Virus record (IMG/VR): IMGVR_UViG_3300027754_000063
Span: 1-64,000 of that record
Direction: 5' to 3' (one strand)
From: a virus
DNA: 64,000 nucleotides
Shown here: piece after piece, positions 18,422-28,947 of the stretch
How positions within the stretch are numbered: the first letter of the stretch is position 1
Layout of the letters: every line of letters begins with the position of its first letter
Program-made: the position numbers and the translations under genes
Notes under the pieces: generated by a model
The model's database searches: none
Told to the model about the DNA's origin: nothing
What the model saw: only the letters and a program-made list of their open reading frames with translations

Positions 18422-20788
18422 ATGCCATTAATTTCTTACAAGTTGTTTTTAGAGATGGCACCACGGGGGCGGGGCGTTATTCACGGACATCTGTCTAAAT
18501 TTCCATTAAATTATGATGATGACGATTTAAAGTTCCTCAATCAGTTTGATATGAAGTATTACGCACAGGCAAGTGAACAAAGATTTGACATGCTTCATGA
18601 TGCTTTAAAAAAACTTCATGATAAAAGATTAGACATTATTAAAAGTGGTGATGAAAAAAAAGGTATACCAAGAAATTTTGATACAGAAATTAAGAATTTT
18701 TTATTAACTGGTAAATCAAAAAGCTTAAGTCAAGAAGACCAGAGAAAAATAAGAAGTTATAGAGAACTTCCTATAACTCCAGCTACAACGAGAGGCATGG
18801 GGGATAAGTTTGATGATAACGTTGCCGAAATTGCCAAAGAAGATGCTTTTGAAATAGTTAAGCAAAAAACAGAGAATCTGAAGGCTTTAGAATTAGATCC
18901 GCCTGCGGCAAATTTTTCGCTGAAGGGTTCCAAGATAACAGCAATTCCATATCTAAACAGATTGTATCACAGACTAGAGCGTACTAGAGGCGAAGCACAC
19001 ATAGGCATTGATGACAACGGCGTTCTTAGTGATTCTGAACATCCGGTCGGAAGTGTAGGAAAATATGGCTATGATTTGTCACACCCACACACGGAACATG
19101 ATCCTGAAAGTGGTTCGAAAAAGCATTACACAAGAGGCATGAGTTGGGTTGGTTCTGATGTTTGGGAGCGATCAATAAAAGAATATATTAAGCATAGTTC
19201 ACACGAACATTTTGGAGTTCACCCTAGAGTTGAGGAAGGTATTTTTAATCCAAAAATTGAAATAAAATGGCTCCCAATGGATGGTAAAGATGGACGTCCA
19301 AAAATTGAGGATCCAACATATGATTGGATGCTTGAAGATGAAATAGATAGACAAACAAAAAAAATGAAAGAAAATCTTCATCAAGGTCGACAAGCGAACG
19401 CAGCATCAAATCCGAAGAAAGTGGAGAGTAAGCCAGAAGGAAAAAAGCCACGACGAACCTTCAACCGTTTTGATAAAGCATTAACTGCCGACCAGAAGAA
19501 AGAAGTTAAAAAAAACGCTACCGATATAGTAAACAATAAAGTCAAAGCCGGTGAAGTATCTGCTCCATCTGTTCCTGGTGTCGATTCAGAAGAACGAAAA
19601 TTTGAGATTAGATCAAGTAAAACGGCATTTGGCGGACTAATTAGTCCATTTGTTTATTTGCCACATGAATATATTGATAAAAAATGGACACCACTTTTAA
19701 ATCCATCAACATATTTAAAAAAGGTTAAAGATGAAGCAGGAAATACTCAATATAAGCTAGATGATACTAATCGTATGGGCTCTCATTTTGGTGATACAAC
19801 TAATAGTAAAAATGTAGGCATTAGTCCCAATAAAAACGTTCCATCAAAAAATTATTTAGATCCTGATGATCCTGCAAACGCTACCGTCGTCAAAGAATTT
19901 GAGAAAGGAATTATTCCAGACGGAGAAATAAGGAAGGAATTCGAGCAGGGAGTTCGTAATTGTCTTACAGGAAATTGCGGTGGAGCGAACAGTGGTGTAA
20001 AAGATGCCATATTGAGAAATCCCAGCACATTTGAGGGGTTGGTCAATGATGTGATCATTGCAGCTTACAATCAATTAGGCGAACATTCACAAGTGTGGAG
20101 CGACCCTAAAACGTTTGCGATAGGCGTTGTGACCAATTATTTACAGGGTGCAGTGCATGATATGGCCACAAGAAGACTACGTGGAATACATGTACACGGC
20201 TTTACTTCACACGATCCATCTCAAAAAGGATACACTCCGGATGATAGAAGAAGACGAGGGGGCAGAATCCATTCTGTGAACCATAGGGATGCTATGAACA
20301 AAGCTCAAAAAGAATACGAGGCGGCGTTGAAAGCAGCGACACAGCAAAGTGGGACAGAAGGATTAAAAGATATTATTACTGCGGGAGAGGGAGCGTATGC
20401 TAATTTTTTTGATGCAGTCAAAGAAACACTAATAAAAACCCTCGGTGTAAACCAGACAAGAGCAGACTTATTAGTTAAAAATTGGATAAAGCAAGGGATC
20501 CATCCAGTTGATGTTGCTACCATTGTTAATGGTATGAAGCCTGAGAACGGCAACCCGATTAGCGGCGAGGGCGACAGCGGCGACTCTTCGCCTACGATTT
20601 TGCCACCTGCAAGGTTACCAATTTCAAAGCCTACGGCAACCTCCGTCAGAAACCCATTACTTGGGCGTGTTAAAAAAATAATTGGTGATTCGCCTACTGT
20701 TGATAACCCCCAAATAGACTGGAAAATTTTATCTGGTCTTACTTTTTTTGAACGTGTAGAAATACTAAAAAGAATAAGAAGAAGTTAA
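18422..20788 (+). CDS. Large hypothetical protein, probable internal head protein
   Basis: 788 aa; MPLISYKLFLE|MA CTS-like start. Confidence 0.75.
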   Translation: MPLISYKLFLEMAPRGRGVIHGHLSKFPLNYDDDDLKFLNQFDMKYYAQASEQRFDMLHDALKKLHDKRLDIIKSGDEKKGIPRNFDTEIKNFLLTGKSKSLSQEDQRKIRSYRELPITPATTRGMGDKFDDNVAEIAKEDAFEIVKQKTENLKALELDPPAANFSLKGSKITAIPYLNRLYHRLERTRGEAHIGIDDNGVLSDSEHPVGSVGKYGYDLSHPHTEHDPESGSKKHYTRGMSWVGSDVWERSIKEYIKHSSHEHFGVHPRVEEGIFNPKIEIKWLPMDGKDGRPKIEDPTYDWMLEDEIDRQTKKMKENLHQGRQANAASNPKKVESKPEGKKPRRTFNRFDKALTADQKKEVKKNATDIVNNKVKAGEVSAPSVPGVDSEERKFEIRSSKTAFGGLISPFVYLPHEYIDKKWTPLLNPSTYLKKVKDEAGNTQYKLDDTNRMGSHFGDTTNSKNVGISPNKNVPSKNYLDPDDPANATVVKEFEKGIIPDGEIRKEFEQGVRNCLTGNCGGANSGVKDAILRNPSTFEGLVNDVIIAAYNQLGEHSQVWSDPKTFAIGVVTNYLQGAVHDMATRRLRGIHVHGFTSHDPSQKGYTPDDRRRRGGRIHSVNHRDAMNKAQKEYEAALKAATQQSGTEGLKDIITAGEGAYANFFDAVKETLIKTLGVNQTRADLLVKNWIKQGIHPVDVATIVNGMKPENGNPISGEGDSGDSSPTILPPARLPISKPTATSVRNPLLGRVKKIIGDSPTVDNPQIDWKILSGLTFFERVEILKRIRRS

Positions 20789-20791
20789 GTC

Positions 20792-21211
20792 TCAATTATT
20801 TTTTTGTATCATCTTTTTTTGAATTTCTTGTGCTTGTTTTGCAAAAATAGCCATTGCATCTGGATCCACGTACAAAGATTTTCCAGAAGCAGGATCAATA
20901 GGCAGTATATTAGCCTGTCTTTCTACTGGGGCACTTTTTATTTCTTTTAATATTTCTTCGTATTTTGGATCGTTTTGTTCTATTACTTGCTCTTGGAAAA
21001 CACCTACTATATGTGGCCAGCTATAAAAATTTTTGCAACCTGTTATAGGATGCCTAGAAAAAACTCCATCTTCGTCTATGCTTTCAATTATACCTAAGAA
21101 AAAATCTGGAAATTGAACATCTGTAAAGTTTGGCTTACAAACAGAAGTCGTTAAAATTGTACAAACATGCCCAACGAACTCTTGCATTCTTTTAATTGTT
21201 GTGCTTTTCAT
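20792..21211 (-). CDS. Hypothetical protein
   Basis: Likely start MKSTT at 21211 after AAGGA. Confidence 0.65.
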   Translation of the reverse strand: MKSTTIKRMQEFVGHVCTILTTSVCKPNFTDVQFPDFFLGIIESIDEDGVFSRHPITGCKNFYSWPHIVGVFQEQVIEQNDPKYEEILKEIKSAPVERQANILPIDPASGKSLYVDPDAMAIFAKQAQEIQKKMIQKNN

Positions 21212-21221
21212 TTTTTTTCCT

Positions 21222-22280
21222 TTAATTCCAAATGTCGCTATACCCAAAAAAATCACAAACAGTACCGGTTGGTGCCGAATAGTCCAAAGCTTTTTGATTT
21301 TTAATTATGTAGTGATATAATAATTCCGAATTATTTCTTATTAAAAATTCATTCCAATCATTATATCCTTTTGGAGGAACAACAAACATAATTTTGTCAG
21401 ATCCTCCTCTTTTTGCACTTTCTATGGAGCTTACGATAGAACTCATTTTGATAGTACCAGCACTTCCAGCTTTATCTCTATCGAGACATATAACAACTTT
21501 ATATTCTGCTAGCAACATAGCTTGTTTCTTGCCCATATTTTTACCGCCGCATGCAACAGCATTTAGTTCAGATTGGTGTAGGCTTTTTGCATTAAATTCA
21601 CCCTCGCATATATAAACAAACTCTCCAGCTTTTGGCCATTTTCCAGCCATATAGACAACATCTTCTTTTCCTACACCAACTGATTTTGGTGGACCCAAAT
21701 ACTTACATTTTGAGTTTCCCAAAGCCCTGCCATTCCAATATACTAAATTTTCATTTTTGTCATAATAAGGAATTATTATCCTATTTTTATAACGATCCCC
21801 AGTACAAATATACAATCCGTCTATGATTATTTTTCTTTGTACAAGATATTCTTCTGCTTTTTTTCGCCACCAATTATTTGTTCCAAGGTCAGATATTAAA
21901 TGACATTCTTGAGGTAGGGTTAAAGAACCTTTTATTTCTTTTTCTACTTCTTTTTCTTGTGAAAGTAATTCTTCTAATTTTCTTTCAAGTTCTCTAATAG
22001 GCGTTCTGCCTTTTAGAATATCTAATGCACTATCTCTGTCGCATTTGTCTACTATTTGAACTAATTTGACTAAACTTCCTTTTTTATCTGTTTTAAAACA
22101 ATGGAAAACACCATTGTTGTGTCTTTTTTTACCTCCTCTTGGATTGCACCAAAGATGGTGACCTGTATCGTCTGGTTCGAATATTGTATTGATTCTTATT
22201 TCGCTACCTTTAACCAGAACGTTATCCTCTCCAAATTTGGATATTGCCCACTTCTCAAATTTTTTAAATTCAATTGACAT
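21222..22280 (-). CDS. DNA primase (T4 gp61/DnaG-like, TOPRIM)
   Basis: Variant Zn-binding N-domain (FHCFKT), RIIIPYYD...YWNGR, KYL, YICEGEFNA, CLDRDKAG, DWNE. Confidence 0.85.
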   Translation of the reverse strand: MSIEFKKFEKWAISKFGEDNVLVKGSEIRINTIFEPDDTGHHLWCNPRGGKKRHNNGVFHCFKTDKKGSLVKLVQIVDKCDRDSALDILKGRTPIRELERKLEELLSQEKEVEKEIKGSLTLPQECHLISDLGTNNWWRKKAEEYLVQRKIIIDGLYICTGDRYKNRIIIPYYDKNENLVYWNGRALGNSKCKYLGPPKSVGVGKEDVVYMAGKWPKAGEFVYICEGEFNAKSLHQSELNAVACGGKNMGKKQAMLLAEYKVVICLDRDKAGSAGTIKMSSIVSSIESAKRGGSDKIMFVVPPKGYNDWNEFLIRNNSELLYHYIIKNQKALDYSAPTGTVCDFFGYSDIWN

Positions 22281-22357
22281 TTGATATTGAGTGAATTTTT
22301 TGAGTCGATAGAATATAGCAGTTATTCATCTTCTCGGATATAGAGGTTTAAATTGTA

Positions 22358-23131
22358 ATGGAAGAAAACTTAATTTGTGAGCACATATCAGTATCTAGAC
22401 AACAAACATGGAATGAGTGCCAAGCACGTTATAAATATAGATATCATTTAAAAGTTGTTTCAGATGAGCCTGTGCAACCTTATTTTGTTTATGGAAAATT
22501 TGTGCATAAGGTAGCAGAAGTTTATGTGCAAGAGCAAGGGAAAAAAGATATTAAAGACATAGCAAAAGACTGTTTATCTGGGTCTATAGAAGTAGATAGC
22601 GGTAAAGGTAGAACAGTATTACAAAGTGAATATTTAAAACGTATTCCAGAGCATTTAAATAATATAAAAAAAATAAGCGACAAAATTGGCTATGATGGAA
22701 AATTAGAACATATTTTTCATTTTGATCTTAACCCTCCAAATAATCATTTTTTAACCGGTGTTATTGATCGTTTAATCATACGAGGCGACAAATTTTTTAT
22801 TTTAGATTATAAAACAACAAAAAAAGGCAAGTGGAGAAAGAATCAAAACACAATACGGAACGACATACAGCTCAGGTGTTACGCAAGAGTTGTTCAATTA
22901 GAGTTTGGAGCAAAAGCAGAAAACATACGATGTGCATTATTTTATCTTGATGGAGCAGATCTTGTAGCAACTAAGTTCACAGAGGAATCGTTAGAATCGG
23001 CTCAGAAAGATCTTCATGATACCTACAAGCACATAACATCTACAGGCGTGGACAGTGTTTATGGAAGAGTTGGTGACCAATGCCGACGATGCGACTATAG
23101 GAAAATATGTAGTTGGTATAGTTTAACTTGA
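22358..23131 (+). CDS. PD-(D/E)XK Cas4/RecB-like exonuclease
   Basis: ISVSR..WNECQARY, GKFVH, GVIDRL, ILDYKT, QLRCYA, CRRCDYRKIC. Confidence 0.9.
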   Translation: MEENLICEHISVSRQQTWNECQARYKYRYHLKVVSDEPVQPYFVYGKFVHKVAEVYVQEQGKKDIKDIAKDCLSGSIEVDSGKGRTVLQSEYLKRIPEHLNNIKKISDKIGYDGKLEHIFHFDLNPPNNHFLTGVIDRLIIRGDKFFILDYKTTKKGKWRKNQNTIRNDIQLRCYARVVQLEFGAKAENIRCALFYLDGADLVATKFTEESLESAQKDLHDTYKHITSTGVDSVYGRVGDQCRRCDYRKICSWYSLT

Positions 23132-23148
23132 AAAAGCAAATGAATGGA

Positions 23149-24021
23149 TTACGGCATTAAAATATAGTCTGGAGAATATTGCTGTTTAATTCCAGATCTA
23201 TCTATTATTTTTATTGTTTTTGCTTGTGGTTCTAGTAGGAAACTATAGCCTTTTTGTTTTGCCCAAAAATTGTGTATATTATATAAAGACGTAAAATATC
23301 CTAGTCCGCTACCATCCACATATTCTGTTCCCCAACAAGTTCCTATATAATATCCATTATCATCAAAAAGACCCCCGCCAGATCTTCCTGGACGAGGACT
23401 ATTATTTTCTGTAACAACATCGTTATTTACTTCTTTTATTTTTACAGAATAATGTGCAACTTCACCAGAATGGTCACATCCACAAGAATGAACGGATTTG
23501 ATTTTGTACTTATAATCTATAGGTGCAATTGGAAAATAAGTTGGAATCCAATCAGGTGTAAATACTACTAGAGATGTGTCTTGTTTTTCAGAATATGTGT
23601 AAAAAAGCACATCAGCGGTATATGTGATTGGTGTTTTTAGTTTGTTTTCATTTTTATAAAATATAGTTATTTCGCATTTCATTTTTTTATTTTTACAAGA
23701 TTCTTCTGACATTGTTCCTTTTTTCCACAAATGACCGCAAGATGCTACATATGCAAGATTTTTTTCTGGTTCATAATATATTATTGTGCCAGATCCTGAG
23801 GATTGCCCAACGCTTATTTTTACAGAAGGGGATAAAAATTTAACATATTCTTTTCCTCTTTGTTCCAATGGTGCATATCCAAATCGATCAGGCATAGCCC
23901 GAATGATTGGCATGTTGTCGAGAGGGTCTATTGTGAAGCCGAAGGGGGACAGGTCACGAGGGCTCTCTAATTGGTTCAATGTGATGCAAAAAGCCAAAAA
24001 AATAAAAATATATTTTTTCAC
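23149..24021 (-). CDS. Exported trypsin-like (S1) serine protease
   Basis: Signal peptide; GSGTII, ASCGHL (His), QDTSL (Asp), PGRSGGGLF (Ser). Confidence 0.85.
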   Translation of the reverse strand: MKKYIFIFLAFCITLNQLESPRDLSPFGFTIDPLDNMPIIRAMPDRFGYAPLEQRGKEYVKFLSPSVKISVGQSSGSGTIIYYEPEKNLAYVASCGHLWKKGTMSEESCKNKKMKCEITIFYKNENKLKTPITYTADVLFYTYSEKQDTSLVVFTPDWIPTYFPIAPIDYKYKIKSVHSCGCDHSGEVAHYSVKIKEVNNDVVTENNSPRPGRSGGGLFDDNGYYIGTCWGTEYVDGSGLGYFTSLYNIHNFWAKQKGYSFLLEPQAKTIKIIDRSGIKQQYSPDYILMP

Positions 24022-24084
24022 GACCCTCCTAGTTGTAATTTATTGCTTCCTTGACTACATTATATATCCTATTGGAACCATAAA

Positions 24085-24486
24085 ATGAATTTAACAATAT
24101 CGCACTACATTTTTTTAAACAGAGAACAACGATATAGGTTATATGATGGAGATCTTATAGAAGTTGTAGGACACAATGTTCCATTTTTTAAAAAGAATAA
24201 AATAGAATCTGCAAAAGAGGTTTTTTGCCAGTATTATATTACTAGTCATAATTTACCGACAATGATTTTACGTTCTATAGATGGATATATTATTAATATA
24301 TCAAAAAACTTAACAAAAATAACAGATGTAGACATTAAAAAAATTTTAGATGTAAAAGATGGTGGGTGCGAAGAAATTAGTTGTAAGCATATTGGAAAAA
24401 CTCTTATAAATAAAAAAGCAGTTAGAACAAATCATTTCTTTGAAATAAAGACTATGGAGCTTTTATTGGATACAATTTCTTGTTAA
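24085..24486 (+). CDS. Hypothetical protein
   Basis: 133-aa ORF, no recognised motif. Confidence 0.6.
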   Translation: MNLTISHYIFLNREQRYRLYDGDLIEVVGHNVPFFKKNKIESAKEVFCQYYITSHNLPTMILRSIDGYIINISKNLTKITDVDIKKILDVKDGGCEEISCKHIGKTLINKKAVRTNHFFEIKTMELLLDTISC

Positions 24487-25005
24487 CTACGCACAGCCAT
24501 TCATTGTATCTACCAATGAAAGCGACATACGCATATTTATTGTGTCCGAAGCGGATAAAGAAACAGTGCCCGATAGCTTTGCTGTTGCTAGAAGAACGCC
24601 ACTAGATATATTTGAGGCAAGAAAAATATTACAAACAGGTCCCCAACCTGCATTAATTGCATAAAAAGATAAAATTCCGCTTGTAGCCTGATAAACACCA
24701 TCGACTAATTGAACCGTAAACCCAGTAGTAGAGCTTGCGGCTTGTCGAGCATACCCATTAGACGCAGGCTCATCAGTTAATTCGGTAATAGTATCTGCTG
24801 TAGAAATAACAGTTCTGTTATCAAGTCCGATATAGTAGTTTGCTGGAGGATACGACCCAGTATTGTTAAAACAGCATTTTAGAAAAAACTCTTCTCCTTT
24901 TGTGTGTAGCATATTGTACACATTTTTTTCTTCCCATATTACTTTTGAGTCTCTAACGTGTTGTACTTCTATAATTTTCATTATACCATGCCATGGTTTT
25001 TTCAT
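24487..25005 (-). CDS. Putative tail/baseplate-associated protein
   Basis: N....GEEFFL, YYIGL, EP..NGYARQ, F.A....WGPV pattern seen in phage tail-fibre-associated proteins. Confidence 0.6.
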   Translation of the reverse strand: MKKPWHGIMKIIEVQHVRDSKVIWEEKNVYNMLHTKGEEFFLKCCFNNTGSYPPANYYIGLDNRTVISTADTITELTDEPASNGYARQAASSTTGFTVQLVDGVYQATSGILSFYAINAGWGPVCNIFLASNISSGVLLATAKLSGTVSLSASDTINMRMSLSLVDTMNGCA

Positions 25006-25265
25006 TTTTGCCTTTCAATTTTTTCTTTTTCTTCATCTATCATTTTTTCAATAGCTTGCATTGAGAACCTCTGTGTACCTATTTTTTTATTTTCTTTTCT
25101 TTTTTGATTTTTAAGTTCTCTTTTGTTTCTTTTTAATTCGACTTCATTTAATTTGTATAAAGCCATTTGTATATACTGCTTAACGATAATAAGAGAAAAG
25201 TCTTCTGGGAAGTTTTGTAATGCTTTTTCCAAGCTGTTTTTAATTGTATTTATATTGTTTTTCAT
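25002..25265 (-). CDS. Small basic hypothetical protein
   Basis: ATGA overlaps with both neighbours. Confidence 0.65.
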   Translation of the reverse strand: MKNNINTIKNSLEKALQNFPEDFSLIIVKQYIQMALYKLNEVELKRNKRELKNQKRKENKKIGTQRFSMQAIEKMIDEEKEKIERQK

Positions 25266-25948
25266 TTTTTAAGATAATTTATCAGGGAATTACAATCTTT
25301 TTGTAGTATTTCTGGTATAGATTTATTAGGAATTTCATTGATTTCATTATTCTCAAATTTAAATTTTATTTGTTTTTTATGGGTACTTCCAATTGTAACA
25401 ATAGCTTCTTCAGACAAATATGCTATATTCCCATATTCTGGAGTAGGGTACAGTGCTTCCACAAAAATATTGTGGTTGTGCCAGATTATATTCTTTACTG
25501 CTTTATCTATTTTTTCAGCTAATTCCTGTACTCTTTTTTTTGAATGGTAAGAATAATTACTAATAGCTTTATCTATCTCTATACAGTTAATTTCCTCTGC
25601 ATACAAACTAGTTTCATACTCTAATAACATTGAGTTTATTTTTTCTGCTGCTGTATTTGAATTTTTATATGCCCAATCAAATAGTTTTTTTCTTTCTTGT
25701 GATATCTTTTTTACTAAATGTGTAGCAACTGCCATCTCCAACAAAATTGAATTTGGGTACTGAGATTCTTCTAACAAATTTGTTAATTCTAGTTCATTAA
25801 TCGTATCGTTTTTAACAAATTTTATACGGTCTTTGCTTGGGTTCATTAGCAAGCCAGATAGTTCTTCTATCAAACTATTATTGTATTGTTCTATAGAAAA
25901 TTCTGTTTTCTTATTTTCTTTAATTTCTATGTATTTTTTGTAAGACAT
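25262..25948 (-). CDS. Hypothetical protein with CTS-like N-terminus
   Basis: MSYKKYIEIKE; downstream of the terminase. Confidence 0.7.
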   Translation of the reverse strand: MSYKKYIEIKENKKTEFSIEQYNNSLIEELSGLLMNPSKDRIKFVKNDTINELELTNLLEESQYPNSILLEMAVATHLVKKISQERKKLFDWAYKNSNTAAEKINSMLLEYETSLYAEEINCIEIDKAISNYSYHSKKRVQELAEKIDKAVKNIIWHNHNIFVEALYPTPEYGNIAYLSEEAIVTIGSTHKKQIKFKFENNEINEIPNKSIPEILQKDCNSLINYLKK

Positions 25949-25957
25949 TTTTTCTTT

Positions 25958-27790
25958 CTACCAATCAAATTCACGTAAAATGTTGTTGTTTTTTCTTTGT
26001 TCGTTCATTATTGGACTTGCCGAGTTGTCCATATCTGGTGCCAGTAGATCTATTTCCTCTTCCTCAAGGTCGTCTATAGACATTTCGTCTATTTCTTTTT
26101 TAATTTCTTCATAAACTTGCGATTTTATGCTAGCATTATCCTCTCTAGTTCTTTCTTCTAATCCTATTGGAACATCTCTAGCTATTGACTCTCTAACATA
26201 TAATGCCATGCACATAGAAAGTATGGCATCATCATGTTTTCCTTTTTGTGCCTGTGCTTTTTTTGTTACGGCATTATATTCAAATGTTTGAAGTTCTGTA
26301 ACGAACCTTATGCTATTTATCAAAATAGAATTATTTATAAGTCTGTTTTGCAAAGACTCTAGGAATAAAGCCCTATTTGTCTGACCGATTTTTATTCCAG
26401 GCTTTGTATTAGAAGTTATTTTGTCTGTATCATAATAAAGATTATCATAATATAGGGTGTGTTGTAAGTTGCTTATTACAGCACCGCCTGGTCCCATATG
26501 TTCTATTGCCAGCATAGCATTATTGTAAAAAGTTCCCACTTCGTTTAGAACCTGAGCAAATTCATGTGGAACAATTGTGTTAGAATAAAATTCGGCTACT
26601 TGTTCAAGCGACATAGTGTCTATTATTTCAAAACAAGAATTATCATTATTTTCTCCTTGTCCTTCAGCACAATCTACTCCAATTATGTATTCATGACCTT
26701 CAATTGGCTCTTTCCAGACCCACAAGGCTCCCCTTAAATGTTCATTTTCTAATTGAGCCATTCGACCTGTACGATTAGACCATTTTGAAAATAATTTTCT
26801 GCTCGGATGATTTTCTCTCGTTTGTTCTGTTAGATCAGTTATCACTTTTGTAGGAAAATATGTTTCTCCTGATCCTAAAAACTCTCTCATTACTTCTTGT
26901 AAGAATCCTTTTGGTCCAAGCTGTGCTTTTTGCTCAGCAACCCATTTTGGATCATTATAATCGGGATGCTCCCAGTAATCTAAGTCTATAACATGAAATT
27001 TGTTTCTATTTTCTTTTGCATCAACATATGTTTGCTCATACCAATTACCCAATCCATTAACAGTAGAAATTAAAGTGCATGATCCACCGGTAGACAGTAC
27101 CGGCCACATAGCTTTCCAGTGCTTTTCCATATCGTCAATAAATGCGGCTTCGTCTACGATTAAAAATGTAACGGCTTTACCTCGTGCCGCCTCAGGAGAG
27201 TAAAACTTTATGGCGGAACCAGTGTCTGTAAACATTTTTAAATGATCGTTCCATTTTCCTTCTTTTTTTGGCTTTAACCAAATTGGAAAATGCTCGCAAG
27301 CCCTATCGATCATCATGCCAATGTCGGTTGCTTCTCTATCTGTTTTAGACAACAACATTATTTGTTGATCCATTTGAAACATACACCTCCATAGCCCCCA
27401 CAAAAGAGTAACGGTGGTGAGTCCTCCCTGCCTAAACTTGCTAATTATGTTGAATCTATAAACCTCGTAATCCTTAATTACCTTTCTTTGGTACCCATAT
27501 AAGACAAATGGAACAAGACCCTTCATTGGATGTAGAATCTTAATATATTTGTGGCAAAAATATGGAAAAGAATTACAACATTTTATAATTTCTTTTTGCC
27601 TTCTATCAGAGTCATACGCATCAACCTCTTCGGCTGATTCGCAGGGATCTATTTCAAGTTCGTATTTGTCAAATTCGTAATATTGAGGATCATACTGAAA
27701 TTGTTTCTTTTTTTTATCAAAAATGCCGCCAGATTCATAAAAGTCTTTTAAATTTTTATGTGATTTTTTCCAGAATTTTTCTTTAGACAT
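25958..27790 (-). CDS. Terminase large subunit (T4 gp17-like)
   Basis: PFVLYGYQ, KFRQGGLTT (Walker A variant), LIVDEAAF (Walker B), ISTVNG, YIIGVDCAEG, KHDDAILS. Confidence 0.95.
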   Translation of the reverse strand: MSKEKFWKKSHKNLKDFYESGGIFDKKKKQFQYDPQYYEFDKYELEIDPCESAEEVDAYDSDRRQKEIIKCCNSFPYFCHKYIKILHPMKGLVPFVLYGYQRKVIKDYEVYRFNIISKFRQGGLTTVTLLWGLWRCMFQMDQQIMLLSKTDREATDIGMMIDRACEHFPIWLKPKKEGKWNDHLKMFTDTGSAIKFYSPEAARGKAVTFLIVDEAAFIDDMEKHWKAMWPVLSTGGSCTLISTVNGLGNWYEQTYVDAKENRNKFHVIDLDYWEHPDYNDPKWVAEQKAQLGPKGFLQEVMREFLGSGETYFPTKVITDLTEQTRENHPSRKLFSKWSNRTGRMAQLENEHLRGALWVWKEPIEGHEYIIGVDCAEGQGENNDNSCFEIIDTMSLEQVAEFYSNTIVPHEFAQVLNEVGTFYNNAMLAIEHMGPGGAVISNLQHTLYYDNLYYDTDKITSNTKPGIKIGQTNRALFLESLQNRLINNSILINSIRFVTELQTFEYNAVTKKAQAQKGKHDDAILSMCMALYVRESIARDVPIGLEERTREDNASIKSQVYEEIKKEIDEMSIDDLEEEEIDLLAPDMDNSASPIMNEQRKNNNILREFDW

Positions 27791-27834
27791 AATACTAACT
27801 TAGTTAATGTTTGCGAGAAACATATCTAGTAGAC

Positions 27835-27863
27835 TTGACTCTCTGTTTAAATTATTATAATAT
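27835..27863 (+). promoter_or_regulatory. sigma70-like promoter upstream of the ferritin gene
   Basis: TTGACT-17 nt-TAATAT (overlapping TATAAT). Confidence 0.5.
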
Positions 27864-27901
27864 ATCTCAATCAATATAATTAAATTAAAAAGGAACGTTA
27901 A

Positions 27902-28342
27902 ATGGGCGAAAAATCAATACAATTAGCAGATATGCTGGAGATACTTAATGGAGACTTAAGAAATGAATGGAAGCACTTAAGATTTTACCTATTCCATGCT
28001 AGTGCTGTAACAGGTCTTCATGCTACAGAGTATAAAGAGTTTTTTCTTGAAGAAGCAGCAGGCGAAATGGTGCATGTAACGCAGTTTTCTGACTTAATCA
28101 TAGGATTAGGGGGAACCGCAACAGATAAGTCTAATGACTTTTTAAAGTTTAAAAAGCCAAAAGAAATATTAGAATATGCTTACGAAATGGAAAAAGAAGT
28201 TGTTTCAAATTATTCTGAGCGAATAAAACACGCCCAAATATTGGGTGGCGTCGACGGGCAATGGTTAGAAATTTTCCTAGAAACACAAATACAAAAGAGT
28301 CGAGAAGATGTAGACCATTATAAACAAATAATTCAAGAATAG
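27902..28342 (+). CDS. Ferritin-like/bacterioferritin domain protein
   Basis: LN.DL..E....Y, EE..GEM.H, LI.GLGG, E.E....Y, E.DH ferroxidase pattern. Confidence 0.85.
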   Translation: MGEKSIQLADMLEILNGDLRNEWKHLRFYLFHASAVTGLHATEYKEFFLEEAAGEMVHVTQFSDLIIGLGGTATDKSNDFLKFKKPKEILEYAYEMEKEVVSNYSERIKHAQILGGVDGQWLEIFLETQIQKSREDVDHYKQIIQE

Positions 28343-28353
28343 AGGAGATCCAA

Positions 28354-28884
28354 ATTCCTATTGAAAACGAAGTTAAGTTTGTATTGCTTGAAACAATAGA
28401 GTCCGAGCAATCAATAGCAGAACAAGCAGAACAAAAACTTCATATAGAACAAAAATACCTTACTATAGAAAAAGGAATATCTGTTCGTATAAGACGCACA
28501 ATAAATAATAGTATTTCTTCATATTCTATGACAGTTAAGAAAAATGTTTCAGGGCAATGCATAGAAATTGAATGTTTAATATCCAAAGATGACTTTGATA
28601 AATTGTGGACCACGGGACACAATAAAGTCACCAAAATAAGGTACCTATACAAAGGTTGGGATATTGATTTTTTTAAACGCCATAATGGTAAAAATTATAT
28701 CGCAATTGCAGAAATTGAGATGTTACCATTACAAAAGGCTCCTAAATTCATTCCAATTATAATAAAAAGAAATATAATCCATAATGTTGATATTAATGAT
28801 AATCGTTTTTCCAACAAAAAGTTAGGAAATATAAAATATGCCAACCAACTTCTTAAAAAAATTAAAAAAATAATAAAGATTTGA
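28354..28884 (+). CDS. CYTH-domain (class IV adenylate cyclase/triphosphatase) protein; probable ATT start
   Basis: ExExK motif (IENEVKF) lies upstream of the track start 28384; IEQKYL, VRIR, IEIE, KIRY, WDIDFF, AEIE. Confidence 0.85.
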   Translation: MPIENEVKFVLLETIESEQSIAEQAEQKLHIEQKYLTIEKGISVRIRRTINNSISSYSMTVKKNVSGQCIEIECLISKDDFDKLWTTGHNKVTKIRYLYKGWDIDFFKRHNGKNYIAIAEIEMLPLQKAPKFIPIIIKRNIIHNVDINDNRFSNKKLGNIKYANQLLKKIKKIIKI

Positions 28885-28909
28885 CCCAGAAATTTAATTG
28901 TGTTATAAT
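28881..28909 (+). promoter_or_regulatory. Near-consensus sigma70 promoter with extended -10
   Basis: TTGACC-17 nt-TATAAT, with TG immediately 5' (TGtTATAAT). Confidence 0.75.
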
Positions 28910-28947
28910 AAAAAGGTGTCAAATAACAAAAGAATTAAGGAGTTAAA

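Noticed and set aside
22240-22280. CTS-like start in the primase (MSIEFKKFEKW)
   Set aside because: Probably part of the primase N-terminal domain; shows the CTS pattern is loose and can give false positives
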